A DNA stretch of 64,000 nt from Octopus vulgaris (Eukaryota): assembly GCA_951406725.2 (NCBI GenBank), contig OX597825.1, positions 13,082,001 through 13,146,000 of the forward strand, read 5' to 3'. Numbering within the stretch: position 1 is the stretch's first letter; each line of letters opens with the position of its first letter. The notes under the pieces were generated by a model. The model had not been told where the DNA came from, did no database searches, and was given only the letters and a program-made list of their open reading frames with translations. Positions 25,036 to 37,232 of this stretch are shown here, in pieces. The translations under genes were made by a program, and so were the position numbers.

Positions 25036-25342
25036 TTGTTTTGTTTGTTCCTTCTCGAGCCACGCCTGGCTCATAGGGCCGGTTTCCTAGTTTCCTTGGC
25101 GTATATATTCCCCATCTGGACGGGACGCCTTTCCGTCGCAGGCGAGCTGCAAGTCGCAGGAGGAGAGAGTGAGAGAAAGTTGTGGCGAAAGAGTCAGCAG
25201 AAGTTCGCCATTACCTTCTGCCGGAGCCGCTTGAAGCATAGGTGTTTCGCTCATAAACACACACATCGCCCGGCCTGAGATTCGAACCCGCGATCCCTCG
25301 ACCGCGAGTCCGCTACGCTAATCACTAGGCCATGTGCTTCCA
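25036..25342 (-). mobile_element. SINE family C with 10-bp TSD
   Basis: Reverse complement of the 24486 and 44425 copies. aaacgggtta occurs on both sides. Confidence 0.9.
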
Positions 25343-26109
25343 AAACGGGTTACAGTAGCCAGAGCGGTCGCATGAATTTTAGAGGCCCCCTACAACTTTT
25401 TGTTTCGAGGCCCTATTTCTTCAGTCAAAATTCATAATCTACCCACCTTTTATTCATAGCTATATTTTACTTTATTCTATCTGAAATTCAATGTTTCACA
25501 TTATCCTGAATAACATTTTTAAAAGTACAAGTTAAATTTATTTAGGGCTGGAACTATCATATGTTTTCATGTTTAGGAAGGCCAATATTTCATAGGGTTG
25601 AATATTTATTCAAGGGACTCGCAAGTACCAAAAGATAAGCAATTCAAAATGTGAAGTATAGTTGTCTTAGCTTTTGTGTGCGAAGATTTTTTATTCAAGA
25701 ACATTAAAATACAAAATATTTTCCCTCCAAAACAAAAGCAAACTATTTCAAATTATATATTATTGGAAAATAGACGTGAATATTCTTAAAGACTTGATAA
25801 CAGTCGAAAAAGCCTTTTTTAAATTCTATGTTTCAGTATTAGCTCTTAAGATATTTCGATTGGATAGCCAATGCTACAATTCAAACTGTAATGTCAAAAT
25901 ACCAAAGATGCAAAATATGAAGAATTTCTTACCTTTCTCTGAAATCACAAATTCAAGGGGAAATGATACCTTGCAAAATAAAATACCTCCATCACAGACT
26001 AGTTACGACTGAAGAATTGAGATGTTTGGTGATAGTGAGCAAACAATATCTGTATCCCTATATATGTACATAGATAGATACACACATATACATACACACA
26101 CACACAAAC

Positions 26110-26157
<48 letters not shown>

Positions 26158-26283
26158 ACGCGCACGCACGCCTTGGTTTTGGTACAGAAAGAATTTTATC
26201 TCCAGTTTTTATTGCCTTAGGAGGTCAAAGGCCACTGTCTTGGTACAAAATGACCAACTTTTCAACAACGCCAAGTGTATATG

Positions 26284-26331
<48 letters not shown>

Positions 26332-26501
26332 TTATATATATGCATATATATATAGAGAGAGATATATAAATGAGGAGAGAAAAAGGGGGTGACAGAGAGA
26401 CTAAGAGATGTGCTGTGTATCTATCTATCTACATATCTGTCTGTCTGTCTGTTTATCTATCCCTATCTCTATCGCTGTCTGTTTGTTTGTCTGTCAGTCT
26501 G

Positions 26502-26536
<35 letters not shown>

Positions 26537-27382
26537 GAGCTGGTCAAAGCCTTGTGAATGAACTTAATAGACGGACACAGATAAAAGCCAGTCGTAAATA
26601 CGAGTCTATGTATGTATGAATGTGTGTACGTATACCTCTGTGTATATGTTTGTATGCATATATAAGTATACATCCTCACCTTTCATCACCATTGCTTCTT
26701 TTTCTTGTCTTTTCTGTTCAACTTGTTCTTATTTTCATTGTTTCGGATTTCTTTCGCTTTTCTTTTTATTTACCTAAGGAATTCGTTGACAAACATTCTT
26801 CATAAACTTCTTCGTTTCTTTTAAATTTATTTACGGTAAACCCTCGTATGTTTTTCCTTTCCTCGTTTGGCTTGAAATTTCTTGTTAACAGCTTCAATCT
26901 TCCTGGAACTTCTATTTACATAAACCGATGGTGATTTGACCACTTTCGCCTGACGATCACATTACCGTGAAACACAAGAGGCGAAACAAGAACTCAGCTT
27001 CAGTTGCAATAACATCTATCCTTACGTGTGTATGTGTGTGCGTGTTTGTGTGTGAGTATATGTGTGTGTGTGTGTGTGTGGATGTGTGTGTGTGTGTGTC
27101 TGTATCCTCTGACACAGCTTCAGTTTGCCAGGAAGTAGAGTGGAAAACATTAGTTCCAAATGCATCGCCATGGGACTCAACGTAAGACATGTTTCGGAAG
27201 CAAGTTTCTTACCATATAGCAGCGTCTGCACCTACACACACACACACATACACATTCACAAACACATATCCGTATATGTGCGTGTTTGTGTGTGTGTGCG
27301 TGATTATGTTTGACTGTATGTATGTATATGTGTATATGGATATATATATATATACACACATACATATACATGTGTGTGTATG

Positions 27383-27431
<49 letters not shown>

Positions 27432-27582
27432 ATGCGTGCGTATATATATGTATAAATATATATTTGTGCACGGGTGTATATATATATATATATATATATA
27501 TATGCATAAATATATGTATACGCACATATATATACATATGTATATATATGCATAAATATATGTATATATATATATATATTTT

Positions 27583-27633
<51 letters not shown>

Positions 27634-28231
27634 ATGTGTATAAATATATGTATACATATAAATATATATGTGCGTGTGTATATACATATCAAGTGTGTGT
27701 GTATATTATGTACATATGGCGTGCATATATGTGGGTGGTATTTTAAATAATTCACTGCAACAGCCACCATGATTACCACATTAAAATCTTACACCCAATC
27801 ATTATATCGTCCCCAAATGCGTAATATGAAGAAGAGGACTCCGTCATGTGGAGTTTAATATAATTTGAACCAGTAAAGTGTCTTTTCTCATGACTGGTGA
27901 ACTATTACTTGGCGTTAAATACTATAATTCAATTGTGACAGCTATCAAGTTTTCTGGTTAAATTATTCATGATCATATTTATTGGACACTAAAGTAGGAA
28001 TGTACCCAATTTATTGCCGTTCGTTAGCTTAATGACACACGGGAACGAATGCGTGCACATGCACACAGACGCCGACATGTAAAAACGTACGCAAACCCAC
28101 ACACGTACACACAGATATGTACACACTTGCACACACGCACACGTACCCACACACATACAATATGCACACACATATATATATATTTGTATGCATACGTAAA
28201 TGTACATATATATATATATGTATATATATAA

Positions 28232-28263
<32 letters not shown>

Positions 28264-28405
28264 ATATATAGATATATAAATAGATCTACATATGCACATA
28301 TGCATATATATACATATATATATTTATATACACCTATATATGTATATATATATGTATATCCGTATATATATACACATATACATACATATATATATATATC
28401 CATAT

Positions 28406-28450
<45 letters not shown>

Positions 28451-28829
28451 ATCTTAACGTTTGCTTTTACGTATCCGTATTTGTAAAAGCATTTTAACAT
28501 GAAACTGACGGATTACTCAATACTTTTCGCAAGGAATCATGTTTATAGAACTTTTACAAAAAGAAGTGCAATAAAAGAAGTGTAATAGTGACTTCGCCAT
28601 CCTTTATACATACATACAATCATATATATATACATAAATACATAATTGCATATACAAACATATATATATATATATATATATTTCTTTTTCTAAAATCTCT
28701 CTAACGGATCAACACAGTAGTTGTACTATGAAGTAATATTCGTAGACACCTCAACATAGCTGTCCGTTCTATAGAAACCGTTCGAAAGTCGGCGAACTGG
28801 CAGGATCGTTAGCACGTCGGGCAAAATAC

Positions 28830-29300
28830 ATTCGACGCTTGACATATTTATAGAGAACCCGTTTCTCATCACCAGTCACTATTCCGTCCAAAAAAGGTTC
28901 ATTCGTGAGACGTAAACAGCGCACGATTAGACCCGAAAAGTTTGTGAGGAACGCATTGACCCAACTTGCTGACTTTTCCGGTGGCTCGCAAGTGTCGTTG
29001 AAAGGTTGAATGACAAAATCCAAGCTTCTCTCCTAGTTCCTCAACAGTTACGATGAGATTTTGTTCCACCAGTGTTTGCAGGACGTCCTCATCGACCTCG
29101 ACAGCTCTTCCAGGACGAGACTAATCTTCTAAGCTTTAGTTCCCGGCTCAGAATTTCTGGAACCACCGTTGACACTGGCTTACACTCGTTGTCCGATCCC
29201 CGTATTCTGCATTAATATTCCCCGCACTTTCCGTTGCGCTGTCGTCTCTATTGAACTCAAAGCAAAATATGCCGAATATGCTCCTTTGTCATTCCGCTAC
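28830..29300 (-). pseudogene. mariner (DD34D-type) transposase pseudogene, N-terminal half
   Basis: QCQRWFQKF, RPGRAVEVDEDVLQTLVEQN..TVEELGEKLG and EPFLDGIVTGDEKRVLY. It ends next to a SINE B head remnant at ~28785-28830. Confidence 0.88.
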
Positions 29301-29557
29301 AGCTTTGAAAAAATAACTGTTAAAATCGAACCGAACTCTTGATAACTTGCACTAAGAATAAGAACAAGGTACAATTCCCACCTGCTTTCAAAGCAAGTTG
29401 ATGTTTACTGAATGTCCCAATATATAAAAGTATATACGAGTATACATATATACATACGTATACATATATGTGTGTATGCATGTATATATGTATATATAAA
29501 TATATGTATTATATATGTATATATATGTGTGTGTATATATATATATATACATGCATT

Positions 29558-29626
<69 letters not shown>

Positions 29627-29628
<2 letters not shown>

Positions 29629-29810
29629 GAAAGTTTACGAAGATAAACAAAAGACGAAGGCATGTGGAGTATAAACAAACAAATGTATTAGTATAGCGCT
29701 CAGGAATAGAAAAAGATTTTACGGTTCGAGCCTACGCTCTTCGACAGAAAGATACACAGAAAAAAACAAGGAGAGAGGAAAAAATGCGTGTAGGAGTTAA
29801 TGATCTATCA

Positions 29811-29813
<3 letters not shown>
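29627..29813 (-). mobile_element. Short hammerhead-like element inside (TA)n
   Basis: Minus strand ucuuu-CUGUCGA-a-gagc(guag)gcuc-GAACCGUA-aaau at 29715-29752. (TA)n on both sides. Confidence 0.65.
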
Positions 29814-29879
<66 letters not shown>

Positions 29880-29906
29880 CATACATACACACATACATAC
29901 ACACAT

Positions 29907-29945
<39 letters not shown>

Positions 29946-30546
29946 GAGAGAGAACTAGAACTAGATTGATAGATAGATAGACTAATATATATGATATATA
30001 TATAACCTCGGTGTGTGTGTCTCTATCTCTCTCTGTCTGTGCATGTATGTGTGTATCTGTTTGTCGGTCTGTGCATGTATGTGTGTGTGTGTGTGTCGGT
30101 CTGTCTGTGCATGTGTGTGTTTGTATCATATCTTACAGTGTAAGACGTATGTATTTCTTCGCTTAATCATTTCAATGTGTGTCCTCGTGCATGTATGGAA
30201 TGAATAAAGTCCAGACCAAAGCTCATTGATATTCATTCGTTCATTCCTTCGGTTCCGGATCAATGCATTTTCACGTGACGTTCCCCCAACGTAGTATTTC
30301 CTCTACTTACAATCCATAGTTAATCTTAAACTCATGAAAATCTAATCATATATATATATATATCTAATCATATAAAATCTAATCATATATATATATATAT
30401 ATATATATATCTATAAATGTCTGTTAGTGTGTGTGGTTGTGTCTATACATAGATGCGAAGATGGAGAAAGAGAGAGAAAAGGACATGTATAGATAGATTT
30501 TGATGGATAGACATGCAGGAAATTAGATAGTTACAGAGAGAGAGAA

Positions 30547-30599
<53 letters not shown>

Positions 30600-30626
30600 T
30601 AGATAGATAGATAGATAGATAGATAT

Positions 30627-30681
<55 letters not shown>

Positions 30682-30683
30682 TG

Positions 30684-30868
30684 TTTATTTATTGGCCACA
30701 CAGGGCTGCACACAGATAGGACAAGTTACAAGGTAGAGCTTTGCTTTTGGGGGATGAAAAAACAAAAAACAAAAGAAAAAAAGGAAAAAAAAAGGAAAAA
30801 AAAAGGGGGGGTGGTGTAGGTTTTCGATCAAGAGGGATCGTAAAAGGGAAGAAAAGAACAAAAAAAAA
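30684..30868 (-). mobile_element. 3' terminal fragment of a Tx1/L1-like retroelement inserted in (GATA)n
   Basis: Minus strand is pyrimidine-rich and ends gcaaagct...aactt...atctgtgtgcagccctgtgtggccAATAAA, similar to 38725-38777. GATA repeats on both sides. Confidence 0.6.
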
Positions 30869-31177
30869 TAGATAGATGGATAATAATAGGGATAGATAGA
30901 TAGATACATAGATCAATATATATATACATACATAAATACATACATACATACATACGTAAACGTTTAGATATAATATGTGTATAATTATTCAATATGCATC
31001 TTATAATAACAACATCAACAAGAAGAACAACAAAATCAATAACAACAACAACAACAACAACAACAACTATAATGATAAGGATTCCTATTGACTTTTCACT
31101 CGAGAGTTTTCTTCAGTTAATTTCTCCGGTCTTATGTATAGAGAACCGCTAATCTTAGCCATACACTTCTATGTATG

Positions 31178-31244
<67 letters not shown>

Positions 31245-31257
31245 GTCTGTCTGTCTA

Positions 31258-31288
<31 letters not shown>

Positions 31289-31442
31289 GTATGTCTGTCT
31301 ATCTGTCTGTGTCTGTCTGTCTCTATATCTATCTATCTATTTATCTATCTATCCCTCTTTTTTCTTTCTCTTTGTCTATTTACCTCTCTATCTCTCTCTA
31401 TTCCCCATCTCTCTCTGTATATATCAACACAGGCATATACAT

Positions 31443-31479
<37 letters not shown>

Positions 31480-31598
31480 TATATATGTATGTATGTATGT
31501 GTGTATGTATGTATGTATGTATGTGTATGTATGTTTGTATGAATGTATATGTATGTGTATGCATATGCATATGTAGATATATACAGAGAGAGAGGGGG

Positions 31599-31630
<32 letters not shown>

Positions 31631-31690
31631 TGCATGTATATATGGTTACCTATATATTTACACACATACATTTGTATATACATACATACA

Positions 31691-31726
<36 letters not shown>

Positions 31727-31743
31727 TATAAACATATATGTAC

Positions 31744-31816
<73 letters not shown>

Positions 31817-32772
31817 CGTGTATATATACGCATTGCCACAAACACTGCCGCATACAAGTTCTGACCCACCAAACGCTTAAACGTCCAAATCTTTTACTTA
31901 AAACTCAGTCAGCCGTGAATCTGTATTCAACATGAAAAGCGAAGTATCATTGACTTCTCTCTGCTTTCTCGAATTTTCCGTATTTGTAACAATGCACAAC
32001 TTAGCAAGACTTTAAGACATTTCTTCCATGTTCTTTCTTTTTTTTTATGTTTTGCGCTATTTTCTTGTTTTTCGTTTTACTTTCGTTTTAAAATATTTTT
32101 GTCTTTTTTTGTATATACTTTTTTTTTTGGTCAAACTCTCCTTTGCTCTCACTCTCTCTTTCTCCTTCCTCTCTCTGTCTCTCTCTGTCTCTCTCTCTCT
32201 CTCTCTCTGTCTTTCCTTCTTTTTCTCGTGTCTTATATTTCTCTTTTTTTTTTTTTTTTTTGTTTTTCTTCTTCTTCTGCAATTTATATTTTTGTCTTTT
32301 TCGCCATCGTCCATATTTCTTTTCATTGTAAGCTTCTCAGAATATATTAACTGAAAAATTCTCCAGCCCAGCAGAAGGAACGGTATTCATAAAGCGTTCA
32401 CATAAATATAAGAACACACACACACACACACACATACACACACAAACACTCACACATACACCTACTCATACATGCACACAGAAACATACACACGTATATA
32501 TAAATGAATATGCATTTATATATATATATATATATATACATATATATAAATACATACACACATATATATACATATACATTTATATACATACATATATATG
32601 TACATATATACATGAGTACACATACATACACATATACATATATATGTAAGTAAAAACACTGGATAAAAAGAAACTGTAATCTAAGCTCTAAGGTGAATAT
32701 TTTATACTTTTTTCAAGTATTGAGTTCTATTTACTCCAGTTTATAAACGCAGATGTACTTACATGTATACAC

Positions 32773-32836
<64 letters not shown>

Positions 32837-32963
32837 CATACACTCAAACGCATGTGCACAAAACATACACATACACACATATATATGTATAAATACACAC
32901 ATTCGTATATATGTATATATATATATGTATTTAAAACTTACACACACACACACACACATATAC

Positions 32964-33039
<76 letters not shown>

Positions 33040-33443
33040 TTATTTATTTATTTATGTATATATGTAAATGTATTTAGGCATAAAGGAATGAAATTGATTT
33101 AATCATTTCTTTTTGAAGAGAAAATTTATTTCAATGAAATACATCATGCATCTCAAAAGTTCCCCAATCGAGTAACATGGCTGTTTCTATTTCCAAAGTA
33201 TTTTTATTCTGTCTTTGCAGTTGCTGCTACTCTTGGAGTCGCCGTTGTTCTCTCTTTTCAGCTTTAGTTGCGTTAACCCCACGAGGACGATAAAGTAAGT
33301 AGCAGTAAATTATTGAAACCGATTTCAATGACTATTTTCCGCACCCACCTCTCCATCCTGTCTCCCTCACTCTCTCTCTCATTCTCAAATCTTTCTCTTT
33401 CTCTCTGTCTGTCTGTCTCTCTCTCTATCTCTTTCTCTTTCTC

Positions 33444-33486
<43 letters not shown>

Positions 33487-33911
33487 AGCAAAGTTTCAAT
33501 CGTTCAGAGCAGATGAAATGAAATCAATAGTATTGATTTTCGTTTTAATATTGAAGATCTTGTCTGGGAGAAGCGCCAAAGACTTCGTGCATGTATTGAG
33601 CGCCTGTGTGTTTGTGTGTGTATGTGTGTATATGTGTTCACGTATGTATATATATGTGCAAAATTTATATATATATATATTTGTGTATATATACATTTAC
33701 ACCCCCCACAAACACACATACATATATATCTATATGTATGTACATATATGTATATTATGTTATTGTGTGTGTGATTGTACATCTATGCATATGTGTTTGT
33801 ATATATCTGTGTGTGTATGTGCGTATCAGATGCAACAGAGCGACTCAAGATCCGAGAGTTTCGTGCGTTGGCACCTAGCGTCTATCTATTTATCAATCTC
33901 TCTCTCTCACT

Positions 33912-34022
<111 letters not shown>

Positions 34023-34260
34023 GAATGTATGTGAGTACCGAATGAACTTGGAATGCAAAAGTAGTAATCTAAATGATCTATACGAACTCAATAAATTCAC
34101 AAGAATTACAGACATGATCTACGATGTCTGTAAATAGTCACCATCAGTACCTATCAACGTATCAAACCCTAGTCATCTTAAATTAAGACCAATTCTAACG
34201 AGCAGTGCCACTTAGTATCAAAGCCATTTGATACAGCGTACGCTTCAACCAATGGAAATC

Positions 34261-34497
34261 AATAATCCCTCGACTATTGCAGGTGTTACGTTCCAAAACC
34301 TCCCACAGAAATAATTAAAATCTAAAAAAATATAAATATTTATCGGCCGCAGAAATCCGCGATGTACTGAGGATTCCGCGATATAAATTTACAGATATTA
34401 GCCAGAAAGATCTGCGATGTACTGAGTGCGCAATAGGTGAAAAGCGATGTATTGAATGCGGGATAGCTGAACCGCGATATGGCGTGAGATTCCTGCA
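34261..34497. mobile_element. Degenerate pogo/Tigger-like MITE
   Basis: Imperfect terminal inverted repeats (taatccctcgactattgcagg and ccgcgatatggcgtgagattcctg) with internal (c)gcgatgta(c/t)tga repeats. Confidence 0.5.
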
Positions 34498-34657
34498 TTA
34501 AGAAGCAGCGCTATGTTTATAGAAATACTATAAAGTTGTGAAAGAGATATACACTTCATAACCAGTGTGATATTGACTGGATATCAAACGCAGTGATGGT
34601 GAAAGGGGTTTGATAACCTGAGAAAACTGTACAGTAATTGTATAATATGCAGATATA

Positions 34658-35062
34658 GGCGCAGGAGTGGCTGTGTGGTAAGTAGCTTGCTAACCAACCA
34701 CATGGTTCCGGGTTCAGTCCCACTGCGTGGCATCTTGGGCAAGTGTCTTCTGCTATAGCCTCGGGCCGACCAATGCCTTGTGAGTGTATTTGGTAGACGG
34801 AAACTGAAAGAAGCCTGTCGTATATATGCATATATATATATGTATGTGTGTGCATATGTTTGTGTATCTGTGTTTGTCCCCCTAGCATTGCTTGACAACC
34901 GATGCTGGTGTGTTTACGTCCCCGTTACTTAGCGGTTCGGCAAAAGAGACCGATAGAATAAGTACTGGGCTTACAAAAGAATAAGTCCCGGGGTCGATTT
35001 GCTCGACTAAAGTCGGTGCTCCAGCATGGCCGCAGTCAAATGACTGAAACTAGTAAAAAGAG
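34658..35062 (+). mobile_element. SINE family A, full length, near consensus
   Basis: tRNA-like head, CORE-like segment, central microsatellite and 3' tail all present. Confidence 0.95.
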
Positions 35063-35189
35063 TATATCAAATATGCGTCAGAAAGTAACGATGAAATGTT
35101 GAAAGATGTGTTAAAATGAAGAACAATAAACGTCAAGAAAGAAAAAGATGACATCACAAAAACCAGTAAAGAAGAAGTGAAGGAGAAAT

Positions 35190-35815
35190 CAGTCTTTCAG
35201 GAATACTGCATTCAAGAACACTTGAACAAGAGACAATTAAGGAAAGGAGATCTGAAGAATACTACAGAAGGAAATATAATGATAATTCAAGAACAGGTTG
35301 TAACGACGAACGCAATTAGAAGAAATATACAAGGAGGATATATATCGTTACTATGTCACTTAATAACGAAAGTAAAGAGAGTGTAATACACTTTGTATAA
35401 AAGTGTAAGACCTTCGTATAGAAACAATACAAAGGTTAGAGTTTAATTTGCATCAATTATACTCCAGGAATTAATAATATAAGACGCAGAGTTTGGAAGA
35501 ACTGGTAAAGTGCTCTGAACACAACCATGCGAAAGTTGTCAAAATTAATTTTATAGAAGGTAAAGACCCAGAAGAAATAAGAATGTGGATTATATCGTTA
35601 TGCTCGATAAAGATGCTAGAACTTCTGTGATAATAGATGTGGTCCGATCATTGGACAGCAGCCATTTCAGTTATAAACCACAGTTTCAACATAATAGGTT
35701 GGGAATTATATGAAATGGAGAACTTATACAAAGTAAACGGAAACAAGATATGACTAAGAGTTCTAAAGGTTAAAGGTATCAAATGCAAAAAGGAAACTAT
35801 TAGAATCTAACAACA
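35190..35815 (+). pseudogene. Decayed R4/Dong-like (RLE-endonuclease) non-LTR retrotransposon C-terminal fragment
   Basis: LRKGDLKNTTEGNIMIIQEQVVTTNAIRRNI matches the L..G.LK..TEG...A.QEQ...T motif. A downstream remnant IVMLDKDAR...IIDV fits the RLE domain. Confidence 0.7.
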
Positions 35816-35819
35816 ATAT

Positions 35820-36062
35820 TTATTTCCTTTATTGCCCACAGGGAGAACAAAGGGGACAAACAAAGACACACACACACAAACAAGGACAGACAAAGGGATT
35901 AAGTCGATTACATCGACCCCAGGGATTAACTGCTGCTTATTTAATCGACCCCGAAATGATGAAAGGCAAAATCAACCTCGGCGGAATTTGAACTCAGAAC
36001 TTAACGGTAGACGAAATACCGCAAAGCATTTCGCCTGGCGTGCTAACGTTTCTGCCAACGCG
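35820..36062 (-). mobile_element. SINE family B monomer
   Basis: Type-1 tail, body and head. Confidence 0.85.
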
Positions 36063-36129
36063 TAATGACTAGAAGCGAGTAAAACAAGAGAAAAGAACAA
36101 TTAACACCCCAAACTATTATATGTTCATT

Positions 36130-36235
36130 TTTTACATTATTTATATTTGACGGATATTTATCCGCATCTTCTTTGTTGCTAACAACTAGCAAGATGAGGA
36201 AAAGATATCCGTCAAATGAAAATAATGTAAATAAT
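36130..36235. repeat. Short foldback inverted repeat
   Basis: tttacattattt-atatttgacggatat...catctt versus aagatg...atatccgtcaaat-gaaaataatgtaaa. Confidence 0.75.
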
Positions 36236-36244
36236 GTACATAAT

Positions 36245-36517
36245 TCCTCCTCATCATCATTGTTCGACCGTGGTTCGAGACAATGGAATTTACTATGTGA
36301 CTCCAGACTTCACGGTCCATAATGGCATTACGGAGGTCCTGTTGCTGGATGCCTGTATCCCTGGAGATTACATCAGGGTAAGAGAGTGTGCGCCCTCTGG
36401 TATCGCGAGCAGATGGCTTCCAGGGAAGAGTAGAAATTATCACGTTTTCAGCTCTACAACAATGTCCAGCAAACTGGACTCTTCTACCTTTCACAAGAGA
36501 TGATACAGGTGGTAATT
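36245..36517 (-). mobile_element. RTE-clade LINE 3' end with (ATG)n tail
   Basis: LPPVSSLVKGRRVQFAGHCCRAE..PWKP..RGR..DVISRDTG..LRNAIMDREVW. Confidence 0.85.
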
Positions 36518-37232
36518 TCCTCATCTCTTAAATATAGAACTACAGGAGTGGCTGTGTGGTAAGTAGCTTCTTACCAGACAGACGTGTTGTTTTTTGCTCC
36601 TGCAAATGTCACGTGTTTGAACGTGAAATGTTGAACTTTTGACTCGGTGACAGGTAAGACGTTCTGTATTTTTAGAAGCATAGTGAAGTTTATTGCTTGC
36701 TTAATGTTATTTAGCAGTTAACGTTATCTAGCATTAATATTTTTTTGCGGGTAATAGACTTCACTTTACTTCAGATATATTTCTCTGCCTGTTGTCGTGT
36801 CTAAGGTCTCACTCTTTAGTGAGAATTGTGCTTTTTGAGGAGGCGTAGCCCCTCCGCAAAAATTAATTTGTTTGCTTGTGTTTTACTACTTCGCAAGAAA
36901 ATTATAAAAATAAGCCACTATTGGATTACCTTTCGGACCCATTTTTGTGGAGGTTGTGTTGCAGTTGCGGCGTTCCAGGTTCAACCCAGGCCGGGAGTAC
37001 CGCAAGGCCAGAATATTTTTGCTGTGTTTTTTCTGTTTATTAACTTTCTTTTGAACTTCATTTAACCCCCCCCTTTTGTTTTTTTTTCTTTATTGCGACT
37101 TTCCGTTAATTTCTTCCCTTCTGTTGTGCTTTCTCCTTTTTGTTTTTTCAAAAATCTATCAAATTTTATTTAGAATTTTGAACTTTTTTCTTCCTGCTTT
37201 TGAGTTTAATTTGAATATATTTTTAAAAAAAC

